Assembly (NCBI RefSeq): GCF_044704955.1
Contig: NC_091997.1
Span: 86,118,001 to 86,182,000 of the forward strand
DNA length: 64,000 nucleotides
DNA from: Pristiophorus japonicus
Taxonomy: Eukaryota
Direction: 5' to 3'
The notes beneath the pieces were generated by a model. That model searched no databases and was not told where the DNA came from. It worked only from the letters and a program-made list of their open reading frames with translations. Shown here piece after piece: positions 48,565 to 61,899 of this stretch (position 1 is the first letter of the stretch; every line of letters begins with the position of its first letter). Made by a program: the position numbers and the translations under genes.

Positions 48565-51250
48565 AAGGATACAGCGACAAAGGAGGCCATTCAGCCCATC
48601 GTGCCTATTGTCAGCTCTTTGAAAGACCTATCCAATTAGTCCCCCGTCCCCACCCCCCCGCACCGTTCTGCTCTTTCCCCATAGCCCTGCAAATTTTTCC
48701 TTTTCAAGTATTTATCTAATTCACTTTTGAAAGTTATTGAATCTGTTTCCAGGCGATACATTTCAGATCATAACAACTTGTTACATAAAATAAACTCCTC
48801 ATGCCCCCTCTGGTTCTGTTGCCAATCACCTTAAATCCGTGTCCTCTGGTTACCGACCCTCCTGCCACTGGAAGCTGTTTCTCCTTATTTACTATATCAA
48901 AGCCGTTCATAATTTTGAACACTTCTGTTAAATCTTCCCTTGACCCTCTCTGCTCCAAGGAAAACAGCACCAGCTTCTCTAATCTCTCCATGGAACTGAA
49001 GTCTCTCATCCCTGGTATAATTCCTCTGCACTCAAGGTCTTGACATCCATTCTAAAGTGTGGTGTACCAGAATTGGCCACAATACTCCAGCTGAGGCAAG
49101 CCAGTGCTTTGTAAAGGTTTATCAACAACTTCCTTGTGAAAATTAGACGGTGGAAGACTTCTAGCTCGGTGAATGTGTTCCAATCCCTCCATGGCCTCAC
49201 TCCTCCCTATCTCCTCCAGCCCTCCGAGAAATCTGCACTCCTCCAATTCTGGCCTCCCCGATTTCTTTCCTCCACCATCGCTGACTTTTCCTTCAGCTGC
49301 CGAGGCCCTAAGCTCTGGAATTCCCTCCCTAAACATCTCTGCCTCTCTCGCTCCCTCCTTTAAAACCTACCTCTTTGACCAAGCTTTTGGTCACCTGTCC
49401 TAATCTCTCCTTATGTGGCTTAGTATCAAATGTTTGTCTGATTTTCGCTCCAGCAAAGCGTTTTGACTACATTACAGGCGCTATAGAAATGCAAGATGTA
49501 ATTGCCACTGCTGGGCCTCCCCCGGAGACCGGGCATAATTGCAACAGCCAAGTTAACATAGGCCGTTCCCATTATAAACGTCAACACATGAACATACAAT
49601 CAAAAAAAGTTCAGGGAGAGCACGCAAACTTGAAAATGATAGTCAGGAAAAGACCAGCTGGTCCTTCGAGCCCCTGCCCCACACTAATGATGCCTGGAGC
49701 ACCGTGACTAGACACTTCCGAATGCCCACCCCCGCTGCCACCCTCCTGTGAGAGGCAAAAAACCCAGGGCCACTAAGGGGGGGGTACAGCTGGTAACACA
49801 TTCCAGAGGCTCACTACTCCGGGCAAAGAAGAAGGGTCGAACATCCAGCCTCTTCCTACTTTCACACAGTTTAGCTGCATGTCCCCTGGCTTTCACCACT
49901 CGGAAGTAATCGATCAAGAGGCATGCAATCCGGCCCTTTCATTATTTTATGCACCTCTATCGGGTCGCCTCTAAGTCTGCACTGCTCTAGAATAAAAGAG
50001 ATCCAACTCTTCAAGCCGATCTGAGTAACTAAGGTTCTTTAAGCTGGGAATTATTCTCGCAGCTCTCCTCTGCACCTTTTCCAAGGCCGCTATATCGCCC
50101 ACCATGTGAGAGCTGTGCACAGTCCTCTCGATGTGGTCTAACCAATAACCTGTACAGCTCTCACCATTCCGCTCCCTCTACACTCAGACCTTTCTGAGCT
50201 TTTTATATTCGCACAAAGCCAGTTAATCTTAAAAGAGATCATTTGTATCTGTTGGTGCCTGTTCAGTCTGGAATGGTTACAGTTCAATCATTTACTGGAC
50301 ACAGTTCTTTAATACATTTACTAACATTCGAGTCTACTAACATTAAACATCTATGTATATAAAATAAAGCAAGATTCTAGATCTAGTTTACTTTTATGAC
50401 TACTATTTCACATACAATCTGATTTTCTAACGTCTCCACTGTCCAGGTCATTAATAAAAGCAGTGAACAGTAACAGGCCTAGGTCTGAGCTCGGGGAGAG
50501 GGTGGGTAGGTGGCGGAACATCACTAATAACTTGCCTCCTGGCTGATCCACATCCGTTAATTACAATTTTTTTCGATGCGCTGATTCCCACTGATACCAC
50601 AGATTCTACCTTGCAAAGTAACCTAGCGTGAGGTACCTTCCTGAAAGTCCAGGCAGACAACATCAACCAGATTACCTTCATCCACTAACTAGTAACTGGT
50701 TCAAAAAACTCCAGTTTGTAAGACATGACCTTTTCTGGAAGCTGTGCTGAATATTTCTAATGGCCCCTTTTTCCAATCATTAACGCAATCTCTTCGTATC
50801 CTTTCAAGCATCTTCCTAATGATGGGCGTCAGGCTAACGGGCCTAGTTCCCTGGCTCTGACTTGTCCCCTTTTTTGAAGGAACTACATAAACTAGCTTTC
50901 ACTGTAAAGGAACAATCCTTGACTCTCCTTCTTAGGCAGTCCCCCGGAGTCGAGGATGACTTGCTTCCACACTAACCTGAGTTCTCAGGTGACTAATGAG
51001 ACCAATGTGGAACCTACAGACTCTGTCACAGGTGGGGCACATGGTGGTTGGAGGGACGGGTGGGTGGGGTGCTTGATTTGTCGTACATTCCTTCCGCTGT
51101 TTGTATTTGGCTTCTGCGTGCTCCCAGCGAAGAGACTCAAAGTGTTTGGTGACTTCTCGGATGCTTCTCCTCCACTTTGAGCGGCCTTGGGCTAGGGATT
51201 CCCAAGAGTCGGTGGGGATTTTACATTTTTTTCAAGGAGGCTTTGAGGGT
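48565..51250. mobile_element. Cluster of CR1 (minus), L2 (plus, approx. 49170-49505) and RTE (minus, approx. 50930-51250) fragments
   Basis: RLEKLVLFSLEQR, VPHARLL and L2/RTE 3' ends homologous to other copies in the window. Confidence 0.75.
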
Positions 51251-52374
51251 GCTGACTCTATTGAACTATTGAAGATATGGGCAAGAGATTCACAGAACAC
51301 CCACCTGTCCCATCTCTTTAATACAGAGGCAAGATTTTTTTTAAAGTTATCTGTATGGGTTATATTCCACTGTCATGTGGATTGCAATTATTGATCAGCC
51401 CAAAACATGGTACAGGTACACCCTCCCCAATCCAGCAACCTCCGTGCCGGTTTTCGTGTTTTTCCGGACTTTGGAATGTGTTTCTGATGTCTGAAGTCCG
51501 GAAACGCCCGAGCCTAGGTTCGGGTATTTCTGGATTTCAGAACACCAGAAGCGTGTCCTGAGTCCGGAAATGCCTGGGCCCAGGTTGTGATTTTTCTGTT
51601 TTTTGGACGTCATCTTGTAGTTCTCCTCGCAGGCCTCGTAGTGCTCGCTTCTTCGCAATGATTGGTAAGCCTCCCTCTCTTGTTTTTGCAACGCAGTATC
51701 CTGTAACTACTTAATATGAGCTTCCCGGCCTGTATCTTTTGCTACCATCTTCAAATTTGAAAAGGAATGTACAGTACGCAATCTGCTTGAGGTGAGGTCA
51801 GATCAGCTCCGCTCGGAGTCATGGGGCGTGGCAATCCACTTTGTTCAGGCTAAAACTACTAGTCAGATTTATTTACAATAAGGCAGTTTACACAGTAGCA
51901 GGTGGCCAACTGCTGATGGCAGAAAACAATAAAGTTAGGATCAGTCCATGAGGGATTAAATGACCTTCCTACACCATCAATATCTGCAATACCTTCACAG
52001 AAAACAGTCTTCTGTAGACTTCCTTAGGTAAAACCTATAGTCTGTGAAGTGAGCAAAATTAAAGCGTCACTTCCAGAAACTGAACAGAAGATGTTGCAAA
52101 AAGCCTGTGGATTATTTTCTGGTTGAAAAGGCCCCTGAATAAATATTTGTCAACCAGTCAAATTCAGAGACAGAATGCTGCGAGCCACCACAGTATCAAA
52201 CAACTTGACACAGGAAGACTTTCTGGTTATTGGATGGACGATAGTGGTTTGGAACACACAAGGAGGACATTTGCCATACCTGATTAACTTTCCACAATTT
52301 GCATGGCCTTCCAAGGGACCACTAATTTGGTTAGCACCTGTAACCACATTTCTGCATCCTTATTTGCATAATGC

Positions 52375-53440
52375 CTATTTTGAAGAAGAGCAGGGGAGTT
52401 ATCTCCGGTGTCCTGGCCAATATTTATCCCTCAATCAACATCATTAAACAAATTATCCGGTCATTATCACATTGCTGTTTGTGGGAGCTTGCTGTGCACA
52501 AATTTTCTGTCACGTTTCCCACATTACAACAGTGACTACACTCCAAAAGTACTTCATTGGGTGCAAAGCGCTTTGAGACGTCCAGTGGCAATGAAAGGTG
52601 CTATCTAAATGCAAGTCTCCCTCCCTCTCTCATAATCAAGCACGCTCCCTGTGCTCTCACAGACAGCTTGGCTCATTGAAGATGTGGATGCGTTGGGACA
52701 GATTTGTGTATTGCAGCTCCCAACACACAGAAAGTAAATGCTTTTAACGATAACTTAAACGCACCTTTGCTGTATCTAATGTCGCATGTATTTAAGAAAA
52801 ACTGTATGATGATAATGATGGGCAGAATGGCCTCTTTCTGCCCTGTCAGTCCCCCTCAAAATCTTATATGTTTCAATGAGATTACCTCTCATTCTTCTAA
52901 ACTCCAAAGAGTATAGGCCCAATCTACTCAATCTCTCCTCATTGGACAACCCTCTCATCCCAGGGATCAATTTAGTGAACCTTTGTTTCACCATCTCTAG
53001 GGTAAGTTTGTCCTTCCTCAGATAAGGAGACCAAAACTGTGCTCAGTACTCCAGGTGTGGTCTCTGTCTTGCAATAAAGGACAACTTGCCATTTGCCTTC
53101 CGAATTGCTTGTTGTTCCTGTATGCTAACTCTCTGTGTTTCTTGTACGAGGACACCTAAATCTCTCTGAACACTATTTGTAATAGTTTCTCACTGTTTTA
53201 AAAAATATTATTTCTATTCTTCCTACCAAAGTGAATCACCTCACATTTCCCCACATTGTACTCCATCTGCCACCTTGCTGTCCATTCACTGAACCTGTCT
53301 ATATTCCTTTGCAGGGTCTTTGTGTCCTCCTCACAGCTTAATGTCCCACCTAGCTTTGTTTCGTCAGTAAACCATTACACTCAGTCCTTTCATCTAATTT
53401 ATTAATACAGATTGTAAATAAATGAGGCCCAAGCACTGCT
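52375..53440. mobile_element. DeuSINE 3' half (plus, 52375-52620) and CR1 fragment (minus, approx. 52845-53440)
   Basis: Homology to other copies; RLGLYSLEFRRMRG motif. Confidence 0.8.
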
Positions 53441-53743
53441 GCCTGCTAGTTACATTGCCCCACTTGTTTTACTATGTTCAAGGTGCAAATAAATGGAAGT
53501 TGTTGTGATATGTGCCGCTGGATATAGACTTTTAGGGAAACAATGATGCACTGCCACCAGGTGTCCACATTGTGCAATTACATGGTGAGTTTAGAAACAT
53601 TGCCAGAAATTCAGTATTGCCCCGATTGGGACGTTAACCTTTGAGACGTTAGAAGTTTAGCACCAGTCACTAATCAATCTCGCTACCTGCTAAATTCAGT
53701 CTCAGCGCTCAAAGAGTGCAGGGGAACGCTAAATCAGGTGCTA

Positions 53744-54120
53744 TCATCATAGGCAGTCCCTCGAAATTGAGGAAGACTTGCTTTCACTCTAAAAGTGAGT
53801 TCTCAGATGACTGTACAGTCCAATACGGGAATTACAGTCTCTGTCACAGGTGGGACAGACAGTCGTTGAGGGAAGGGGTGGGTGGGACTGGTTTGTCACA
53901 CGCTCCTTCCGCTGCCTGTGCTTGGTTCCTGCATGCTCTCGGCGACGAAACTCGAGGTGCTCAGCGACCTCCCGGATGCTCTTCCTCCACTTAGGGCGGT
54001 CTTTGGCCAGGGACTCCCAGGTGTCAGTGGGGATGTTGCATTTTATCAAGGAGGCTTTGAGGGTGTCCATGTGACGTTTCCTCTGCCCACCTGGAGCTCG
54101 CCTGCCGTGTAGGAGCTGTG
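53744..54120 (-). mobile_element. RTE 3' fragment inserted in an interspersed repeat
   Basis: DTLKASLIKC..CPTCDRDC..HLRTH. The host repeat (approx. 53600-54380) is collinear with an uninterrupted copy at approx. 32380-32760; short TSD TGCTA. Confidence 0.82.
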
Positions 54121-54456
54121 ATGCTAATGGTGTAGGTGAGGGTGTTAGGCTTCAAGCAGTGTGTAATCGGGAGTGAGCATTGGCGAAGGCATCTTCCAGC
54201 CATTAAAGGGGAGGGTGACTGGAGTCTGCACACCAGCCCCCAATGATTCGGGGAGAGCAGAATGGCGATATGCCGTGGGAGGAAATGCAAAGTTCTTTGA
54301 CTGCCCACAACACTCCGGGGATGAAGCAGCCTTCATCTGCCTGCAGAAAAATCCTGCGATCTCTGCCACTCATAACTGACACCAGTGGTGGAGTGATGGA
54401 AATCGGGGTTGCATAAGAGGCCAGAATTGGAGAAGCGCAGACATCTTGGGGGTTGT

Positions 54457-55271
54457 GGGGCTGGAGGAGGATACAGAGATAGGGAGGGGGCGGGGCTAGA
54501 GGAGGATACAGAGATAGGGAGGGGGCGGGGCTAGAGGAGGATACAGAGATAGGGAGGGGGCGGGGCTAGAGGAGGATACAGAGATAGGGAGGGGGCGGGG
54601 CTAGAGGAGGATACAGAGATGAGGGGGCGGGGCTAGAGGAGGATACAGATATAGGGAGAGGGTGGGGCTAGAGGAGGATACAGAGATAGGGAGGGGGCGG
54701 GGCTAGAGGAGGATACAGATATAGGGAGGGGGTGGGGCTAGAGGAGGATACAGAGATAGGGAGGGGGTGGAGCTAGAGGAGGATATAGGGAGGGGGTGGG
54801 GCTAGAGGAGGATACAGAGATAGGGAGGGGGCGGGGCTAGAGGAGGATACAGATATTGGGAGGGGGTGGGGCTAGAGGAGGATACAGAGATAGGGAGGGG
54901 GCGGGGCTAGAGGAGGATACAGAGATAGGGAGGGGGCGGGGCTAGAGGAGGATACAGAGATAGGGAGGGGTGGGGCTAGAGGAGGATACAGAGATAGGGA
55001 GGGGCGGGGCTAGAGGAGGATACAGATATAGGGAGGGGGCGGGGCTAGAGGAGGATACAGAGATAGGGAGGGGGTAGAGCTAGAGGAGAATACAGAGATG
55101 GGGAGGGGGCGGGGCTAGAGGAGGATACAGAGACAGGGTGGGGGCGGGGTTAGAGGAGGATACAGAGACAGGGCGGGGCTAGAGGAGGATACAGATAGGG
55201 AGGGGGTGGGGCTAGAGGAGGATACAGAGACAGGGCGTTGCTAGAGGAGGATACAGAGATAGGGAGGGGGC
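54457..55271. repeat. 35-bp minisatellite (about 23 copies) inside a minus-strand L2 fragment
   Basis: Unit GGGGCTAGAGGAGGATACAGAGATAGGGAGGGGGC; L2 sequence continues on both sides (approx. 54410-55330). Confidence 0.93.
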
Positions 55272-56347
55272 GAGGCCATGGAGGGATTTGAAAACAAGGA
55301 TGAGAATTTTATAATTGAGGCGTTGTGGAACCAAGTCCCACTTCAGAAATGTGAGCCTGCAATCACGGCTGTAAAGGGCTGTGGGACGTTCTGAGGGTCG
55401 TGAAATGCAAGTTTGTTTTTCTTTCTTGTCATTGACTGGAGAAAATAGTTTATTCTGCCTTTTTAAAGCTGTTATAGAGAGCAAAACAAAGACTGGGACA
55501 CTCACATGGGGAAAAGGCAAACCTGAAGTAAGACAATCATGGTAATTGTCAATATTAGAATTCCCTCCTCAACACCATCTCCGCAGGGATTGCAGCAATT
55601 CACAGGAAAAGCCCACCACTGCTCTCTCAGCGCGGCAATAATTGAGGCCCTGCCAACATCACCCAAAGCCCGAGAACAGGATTAAATACATAGCAAATAA
55701 TGACGCTTGTTGATAGAGTAAACATGGAGAAGTTGCTTTCACTGGAAGGTGGATCAGAAACTGGAGGTCACAGATTTAAGGTATTTAGTAAATAAAACCA
55801 GAGGGGCAACATTTTTACGCAGCGAGTTATGATCTGGAACGCGCTGCCTGAAAGGGCGGTGGAAGCAGATTCAATAGTGACTTACAAAAGGGAATTGGTT
55901 GAATTCTTGAAAAAGAGAAATGTGCAGGGGAGTGGGGAAAGAGCAGGGGAATGGAACTGATTGGATCGCTCGTCTAAAGAGCTGGCACAGGCCCTGTGGG
56001 CCGAATGGCCTCCCTGTGCTGTGTGATTCTATTCTATGATTCTATATACAAATCACAATGTAAAAATATATATATAATAAAGAACAAAATCAAAAAAAAA
56101 ACAACACACATATAATAACTGAACTTTATAAATCTCTGGTTAGGCCTCTGCTGGAGTATTGTGGAGTATTCTGGGCACCACACTTCAGGAAAGATGTAAA
56201 GGCCTTAGAAAGGTTAGAGAGGAGGTTTACCGGGATGAGGGATGAGGGACTTCAGTTATGAGGTGAGGTCGGAAAAGTCAGGCCTGATCTCCTTGGAGCA
56301 GAGATGGTTAAGAAGTGACCTAATAGAGGTTTTCAAGATGAGGAGAG

Positions 56348-56612
56348 TATTATGTATGTAGGCACTTTGTTAATGACTCCACAAGGCAGGGTATGATACT
56401 TGAGCTGTGTAGACTGTAGTCTTTTATTGCAGCTCCTAGAGTGAGGACACCAAGCTGTGAGCTCCTTTTTATACTGGGTTACCTGCAGTGTGCAGGTAAC
56501 CCTTAGGTCTCCAGCAGCAGCACCCTCTGGTATACAGGTAAGGTGTGTACAGGGTGAAGGTACATTCAATGTTACAGACATCATATAACAATACAAGCAT
56601 GCATACATAACA
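56348..56612 (-). mobile_element. Solo LTR in a CR1 fragment
   Basis: TA(TG-derived)TTATGTATG...CATACATAACA inverted ends, 5-bp TSD GAGAG; Gypsy-LTR-like layout. Confidence 0.87.
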
Positions 56613-56799
56613 GAGAGGTTTTGAGAGTGTAGATGGGGAAACGATTCCCTGTGGCGAGTGGGTCAACAACCAGAGGTCACAGATTCAAAACCTTTGGAAA
56701 ATATCTAGAGGGGAGGTGAGGGGAATTTTTTTCACTCAGAGAGTTGTCAGGATCTGGAATGCTCTACCTGAACAGTGGTGGTAGCCTTTTAAAAGACAC

Positions 56800-58090
56800 T
56801 GTAATGTATTTGCTTCATGGGCTCTTTGCATAAGAATGCACAGCAACACATTGCTATTAAGAACTAGTTGGTTAATTAGCAAAGGTTTAACAATCACACT
56901 ACACATTACCAGTTCATCCACCAGGCTCACAACTGCATTCCTCATTGTGGATAGAAACATAGAAAATAGGTGCAGGAGTAGGACATTCGGCCCTTCGAGC
57001 CTGCACCACCATTCAATATGATCATGGCTGATCATTCCCTCAGTACCCCTTTCCTGATTTCTCTCCATACCCCTTGATCCCTTTAGCCGTAAGGGTCACA
57101 TCTAATTCCCCTTTGAATATATCTAACGAACTCGCCTCAACAACTTTCTGTGGCAGAGAATTCCACAGGTTCACAATTCTCTCTGAGTGAAGAAGTTTCA
57201 CCTCATTTCGGTCCTAAATGGCTTACCCCCTATCCTTAGACTATGACCCCTGTTCTGGACTTCCACAACATCGGGAACATTCTTCCTGCATCTAACCTGT
57301 CCAATTCCATCAGAATTTTATATGTTTCTATGAGATCCCCTCTCATTCTTCTAAACTCCAGTGAAATAAAACTCTAGCCATTTGGGTCTTGGTCATCCTA
57401 GAATATTATCTGAATGGTGACAGATTAGGAAAAGGGGAGGTGCAATGAGACCTGGGTGTCATGGTACATCAGTCATTGAAAGTTGGCATGCAGGTACAGC
57501 AGGCGGTGAAGAAGGCAAATGGCATGTTGGCCTTCATAGTGAGAGGATCCAGTCTTTCTTCATATGTCAGTCCTGCCATCCTGGGAATCAGTCTGGTGAA
57601 CCTTCGCTGCACTCCCTCAATAGCAAGAACGTCCTTCCTCAGATTAGGAGACCAAAACTGTACGCAATATTCGAGGTACAGCCTCACCAAGGCCCTGTAC
57701 AACTGCAGTAAGACCTCCCTGCTCCGATACTCAAATCCTCTCGCTATGAAGGCCAACATGCCATTTGCCTTCTTCACCGCCTGCTGTATCTGTATGCCAA
57801 CTTTCAATGACTGATGTACCATGACACCCAGGTCTCATTGCACCTCCCCTTTTCCTAATCTGTCACCATTCAGATAATATTCTAGGATGACCTAGACCCA
57901 AATGGCTGGAGTTTTATTGAGTCTTGTGAACATCACGTGACTGGTTCATCCACCAGGCTCACAACCACCTCCCTCATCGTGGATCCCCCGAACCCACCTG
58001 GCTGGGATTTTATTGAGTCTTGTGAATATCATGTGACTGGCTAAGTCACTCCCAACTCAACAGCTCTACAAATCTGTGAGCATCCTCACA
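56800..58090. mobile_element. Solo LTR-like repeat containing a minus-strand CR1 (approx. 56953-57884)
   Basis: TG...CA; collinear with 5791-6841; CR1 inserted at ggat; host CR1 resumes at 58091. Confidence 0.7.
57365..57918. repeat. 184-bp inverted duplication (57365-57548 and 57735-57918)
   Basis: About 5 mismatches by eye; produces the mirror-image ORFs 57461-57814 and 57469-57822. Confidence 0.93.
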
Positions 58091-58684
58091 AGGAGTTGGA
58101 CAGGAACTTGAGGATGAAGAACTTACAAGGTAAGCAGGGATGTGGGACTGAGCAAAGAATCAGCACAGGCACGACGGGCCAAATGGCCTCCTTCTGTGCT
58201 GTAATTTTCTAAGTTTCTATAACGCTCACTAACACCCGAGAGAAAAGGGGAGCGGTGGGGAAAGCCAGAAAGAGAACAGGAGAAGGACAAGGAGTGGTGG
58301 GTGATAGAGAAGGAACAGAACCATAGTGTTGAGCCAGAGTGGAGAGAGAGGGACACACGTCGTATTGAGGGGGGAATCACGGGAATAGCGCAGGAGAAGC
58401 ACTGACTATTGAACTGGTTTACCTGCCAGCAATCCAACAGATCATCGTGAGTCGTTGTATGGTTGTAGTCTTTCTGTTAACGAGGGAAAAATTAAAAATT
58501 CACTGCTATATCTGAGGTTCAAATGATAGTGAGGCACAAATTCACTCGCTGTGGTGTTTATTCTGAGAATAATCGGGACACTGGTTACACACTGACTCTC
58601 ATTCAAACAGCGTTTAGAGCGACAGATAAACTGGACGAAGGCGACTGAGAAGTTTTCCCATTATTGCCAAATGCTTAAAATACC

Positions 58685-58701
58685 AGCACCAGAGGGCGCT
58701 A
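58685..58701 (+). promoter_or_regulatory. CTCF-like motif
   Basis: GCACCAGAGGGCGCT closely matches the CTCF core consensus, in non-repetitive sequence. Confidence 0.4.
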
Positions 58702-58734
58702 TAACCATGGTCTGCCTCACAGAAACCTCACTGA

Positions 58735-60995
58735 AAGAAAGACTTGTATTTATATAGCGCCTTTTACGACCACCGTACGTCTCAAAGTGCTTCACAGCCA
58801 ATGAAGTACTTTTGAAGTGTTGTGATGTGGGAAAAGCAGCAGCCAATTTGTGCACAGCAAGCTCCCACAAACAGCAATGTGATAATGACCAGATAATCTG
58901 TTTTTGCTATGTTGATTGAGGGATAAATATTGGCCCTAGGACACCGGGGATAACTCCCCTGCTTTTCTTCAAAATAGTGCCATGGGATCTTTAACATTCA
59001 CCTGAGAAAGCAGACGGGGCCTCGGTTTAACGTCTCATCCAAACGACGGCACCTCCGGCACTGCCCCGTTACCATAGTAATCCCGCAGTTTTGAAGCAAT
59101 CGGTGCCATTGTTTATCAAGATAGCGTCACACACAAGTGACCCGCTGCCACGTTTTGCAATGCAGTGAAATCCTGTCTGTCAGCTGAGGGAGAGCTGCTT
59201 TAGGAGATGGTGGCCAGGATTTCCTCCGAGCCATTTCCATTCTGGTGCCTGTGTGATCTTACCATGTACGGAGGGATTTTACACTGCAGTCATGGCAAAG
59301 AGTTCCCCGGCCTCGTCCTCGAAGGCGGTGGGGGGCTAAACCGGACACGGTATTCTAAACGAGGCCGTACACAGATCGTGCTCGAGGACAAGATCGTATT
59401 TCCTGTTCACAGAAGCATAGAAATTTACAGCACAGAAGGCAGCCATTTCGGCCCATTGTGTCCGTGCCGGCCGACAAAGAGCTATCCAGCCCAATCCCAC
59501 TTTCCAGCTCTTGGTCCGTAGCCCTGTAGGTTACGGCACTTCAAGTGCACATCCAAGTACTTTTTAAATGTGGTGAGGGTTTCTGCCTCTACCACCCTTT
59601 CAGGCAGTGAGTTCCAGACCCCCACCGCCCTCTGGGTGAAGAAATTTCCCCTCTAAACCTCCCCTCAGTTACTTTAATTCTATGCCCCCTGGTTATTGAC
59701 CCCTCTGCCAAGGGAAATAGGTCTTTCCTCTCCACTCTATCCGGGCCCCTCATCATTTTATATACCTCAATAAGGTCTCCCCTCAGCCTCCTCTGCTCCA
59801 AAGAAAACAAAGTTAGTGGCCATTGGTGAGTAGGATGGAGGTGCTGGAGGTGATGCCACCCATATGGTGGGGTGGAGGAGTCCAGAAAAAAGGGAGCAGA
59901 AACTTAAAATTAGAGCCAGGCCGTTCAGGGGTGATGTCAGGAAGCACTTCTTCACACAAAGGGCCGAGGGAATCTGGAACTCTCCCCTCCCAAAAAGCTG
60001 TTGGGGCTGGGGGGGGTCAATTGAAAATTTCAAAACTGAGTTTGATGGATATTTTTTGGGGAAGGGGATTAAGGGACATGGAGCAAACACATGTAAATGG
60101 AGTTAGAATAAAGATCAGCTCTGATCAAACTGAATGACGGAACAGCGTCGAAGGGCTGAATGGCCTGCTCCTGTCGTAGTTCATGTTATAAATTTAAAAA
60201 AGAAAGACTTGCATTTATATAGCGCCTTTCATGCCCACGGGATGTCTCAAAGCGCTTTACAGCCAATGAAGTACTTTTGGAGTGTAGTCGCTGTTGTAAT
60301 GTGGGAAACGCGGCGGCCAACTTGCGCACAGCAAGCTCCCACAAATGTGACAATGACCAGATAATCTGTTTTTTGTTATGTTGATTGAGGGATAATCATT
60401 GTCCCAGGACACAGGGGATAGCTCCCCTGCTCTGCTTCGAAAGATTGCCATGCGATCTTTTACGTCCACCTGAGGGGGCAGATGGGGCCTCGGTTTAATG
60501 TCTCATCCGAAAGACGGCACCTCTGACAGTGCAGCACTCCCTCACCACTGCACTGGAGTGTTAGCCAAGATTTATGTGCTGATAAGAACATTGGCTGGCG
60601 CAGATACGATGGTAAATACTGCAGGGAATCAAATACGGCTAGGTTGATCTCCTGGACTATTTTCGATTGTCTGGATGGGTCGGACAGGAATTTTTCCCAG
60701 ACTTTTCTCCCTAAATTGGCCTGGGGTTTTTATCTGTTTTTTGCCTCTCCCGGGAGATCACATGGCTCCGGTTGGGGTGGAGTGTAGAATGTTTCAGTGT
60801 TTTAGTGTCACAGTTGTGTGAGGCGGACTGGTTGGGCTGGGTGCTCTTTACCTTTCCGCCATTGTTCATTGTTCATAGGTTTATATGTAACCTTCAGGGC
60901 TGCTGACCGAGGGCCGTGCGGCTCTTTGTCGACTGGCGCGGACACGATGGGCCGAGATGGCCTCCTTCTGCGCTGTAAATTTCTATGTTTCTGTA
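58735..60995. mobile_element. Cluster of DeuSINEs (minus, 58735-59060 and 60200-60580) and CR1 3' fragments
   Basis: Homology to other copies; FSLEQRRLRGDLIEVYKMM; CR1 long 3' UTR at approx. 60590-60995. Confidence 0.78.
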
Positions 60996-61899
60996 AGAAA
61001 TAGGAGCAGGAGACGTCCATACGGCCCCTCCAGCCTGCTCATGGGTGATCTGATCTTGAGCTCAATTCCACTTCCCTGCCCGCTCCCCATAACCATGGTC
61101 TCCTTTCCATCCATCTCAATTCATTACGAGTACGAGAGACTCATTTGCTGTGTTAAGGATCTGTGGTTTCATAGTCGCCCCTTTAATCATGATCCCAGGA
61201 GCAGTTCTATGACTGCCAGCTGGACAAGGCCCCACCTCCAATCAGTCGGTGGCGATTTACGCAAATTATGCCGGTGTTTGTCAACCTGATGTTTTATTTT
61301 CTCCAGACAAAAGGCAGCTTGTGGAGCCGAGGCGCTGCAGCTGCCAAGTGACCTGACGTGGATGAAACTAACGTGACATTCGACCCCGGGTCACATTAGC
61401 GACAGCAAACAGCTCCCGGCGGCAGCATTCTCCTGCCAGGGGCGCGGCCCAAATTCGGAAAGAATAAACTGTGTCAAGGTCATTAAAAAAGCGTTAAGTG
61501 CAGGAGAGCGCATTTGCTCTGCTCTCTCGGTAAAGTGCAGCTTGATCAACCTCCTCATCGGCCCGTCTTATTAAGGGGCAAAGACCATCTCTGGGAGTGG
61601 TGGGGGTGGGTTGAGGACTCCGAAAGGACAGGCATTTTTGGGGGGGTTTTATTGCAGTTCACGTCGAACCCTCATTCGGGACAGGGTGAAGCTCGGCCCT
61701 GACCTCAATCATTGGCTGCATTTAATGGGAACATCGATAACGCAACAGCGAGTGAGCCTGAATCAGACTGACAGATGTCGGACAATATTGGCTCAACATT
61801 AAACTCACGGCTATGCCCCAATCGCAGCTTTTGCTGAAATACAAATTGTTAAACACCCTCCCCACAACAGAATTGTGCACGGCTCCTAATGTCATGTCG

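Noticed and set aside
52270-52340. Short minus-strand exon-like segment (ANQISGPLEGHANCGKLI)
   Set aside because: No similarity to IRP2 or any protein I recognise; weak pyrimidine tract.
54457-55271. Regular 35-bp array resembling CRISPR spacing
   Set aside because: Head-to-tail units with no unique spacers, in a eukaryotic L2 context.
59263-59402. Minus-strand segment with AG/GT boundaries as a possible IREB2 exon
   Set aside because: Stops in all three frames and it resembles degenerate CR1 (VRPRLEY).
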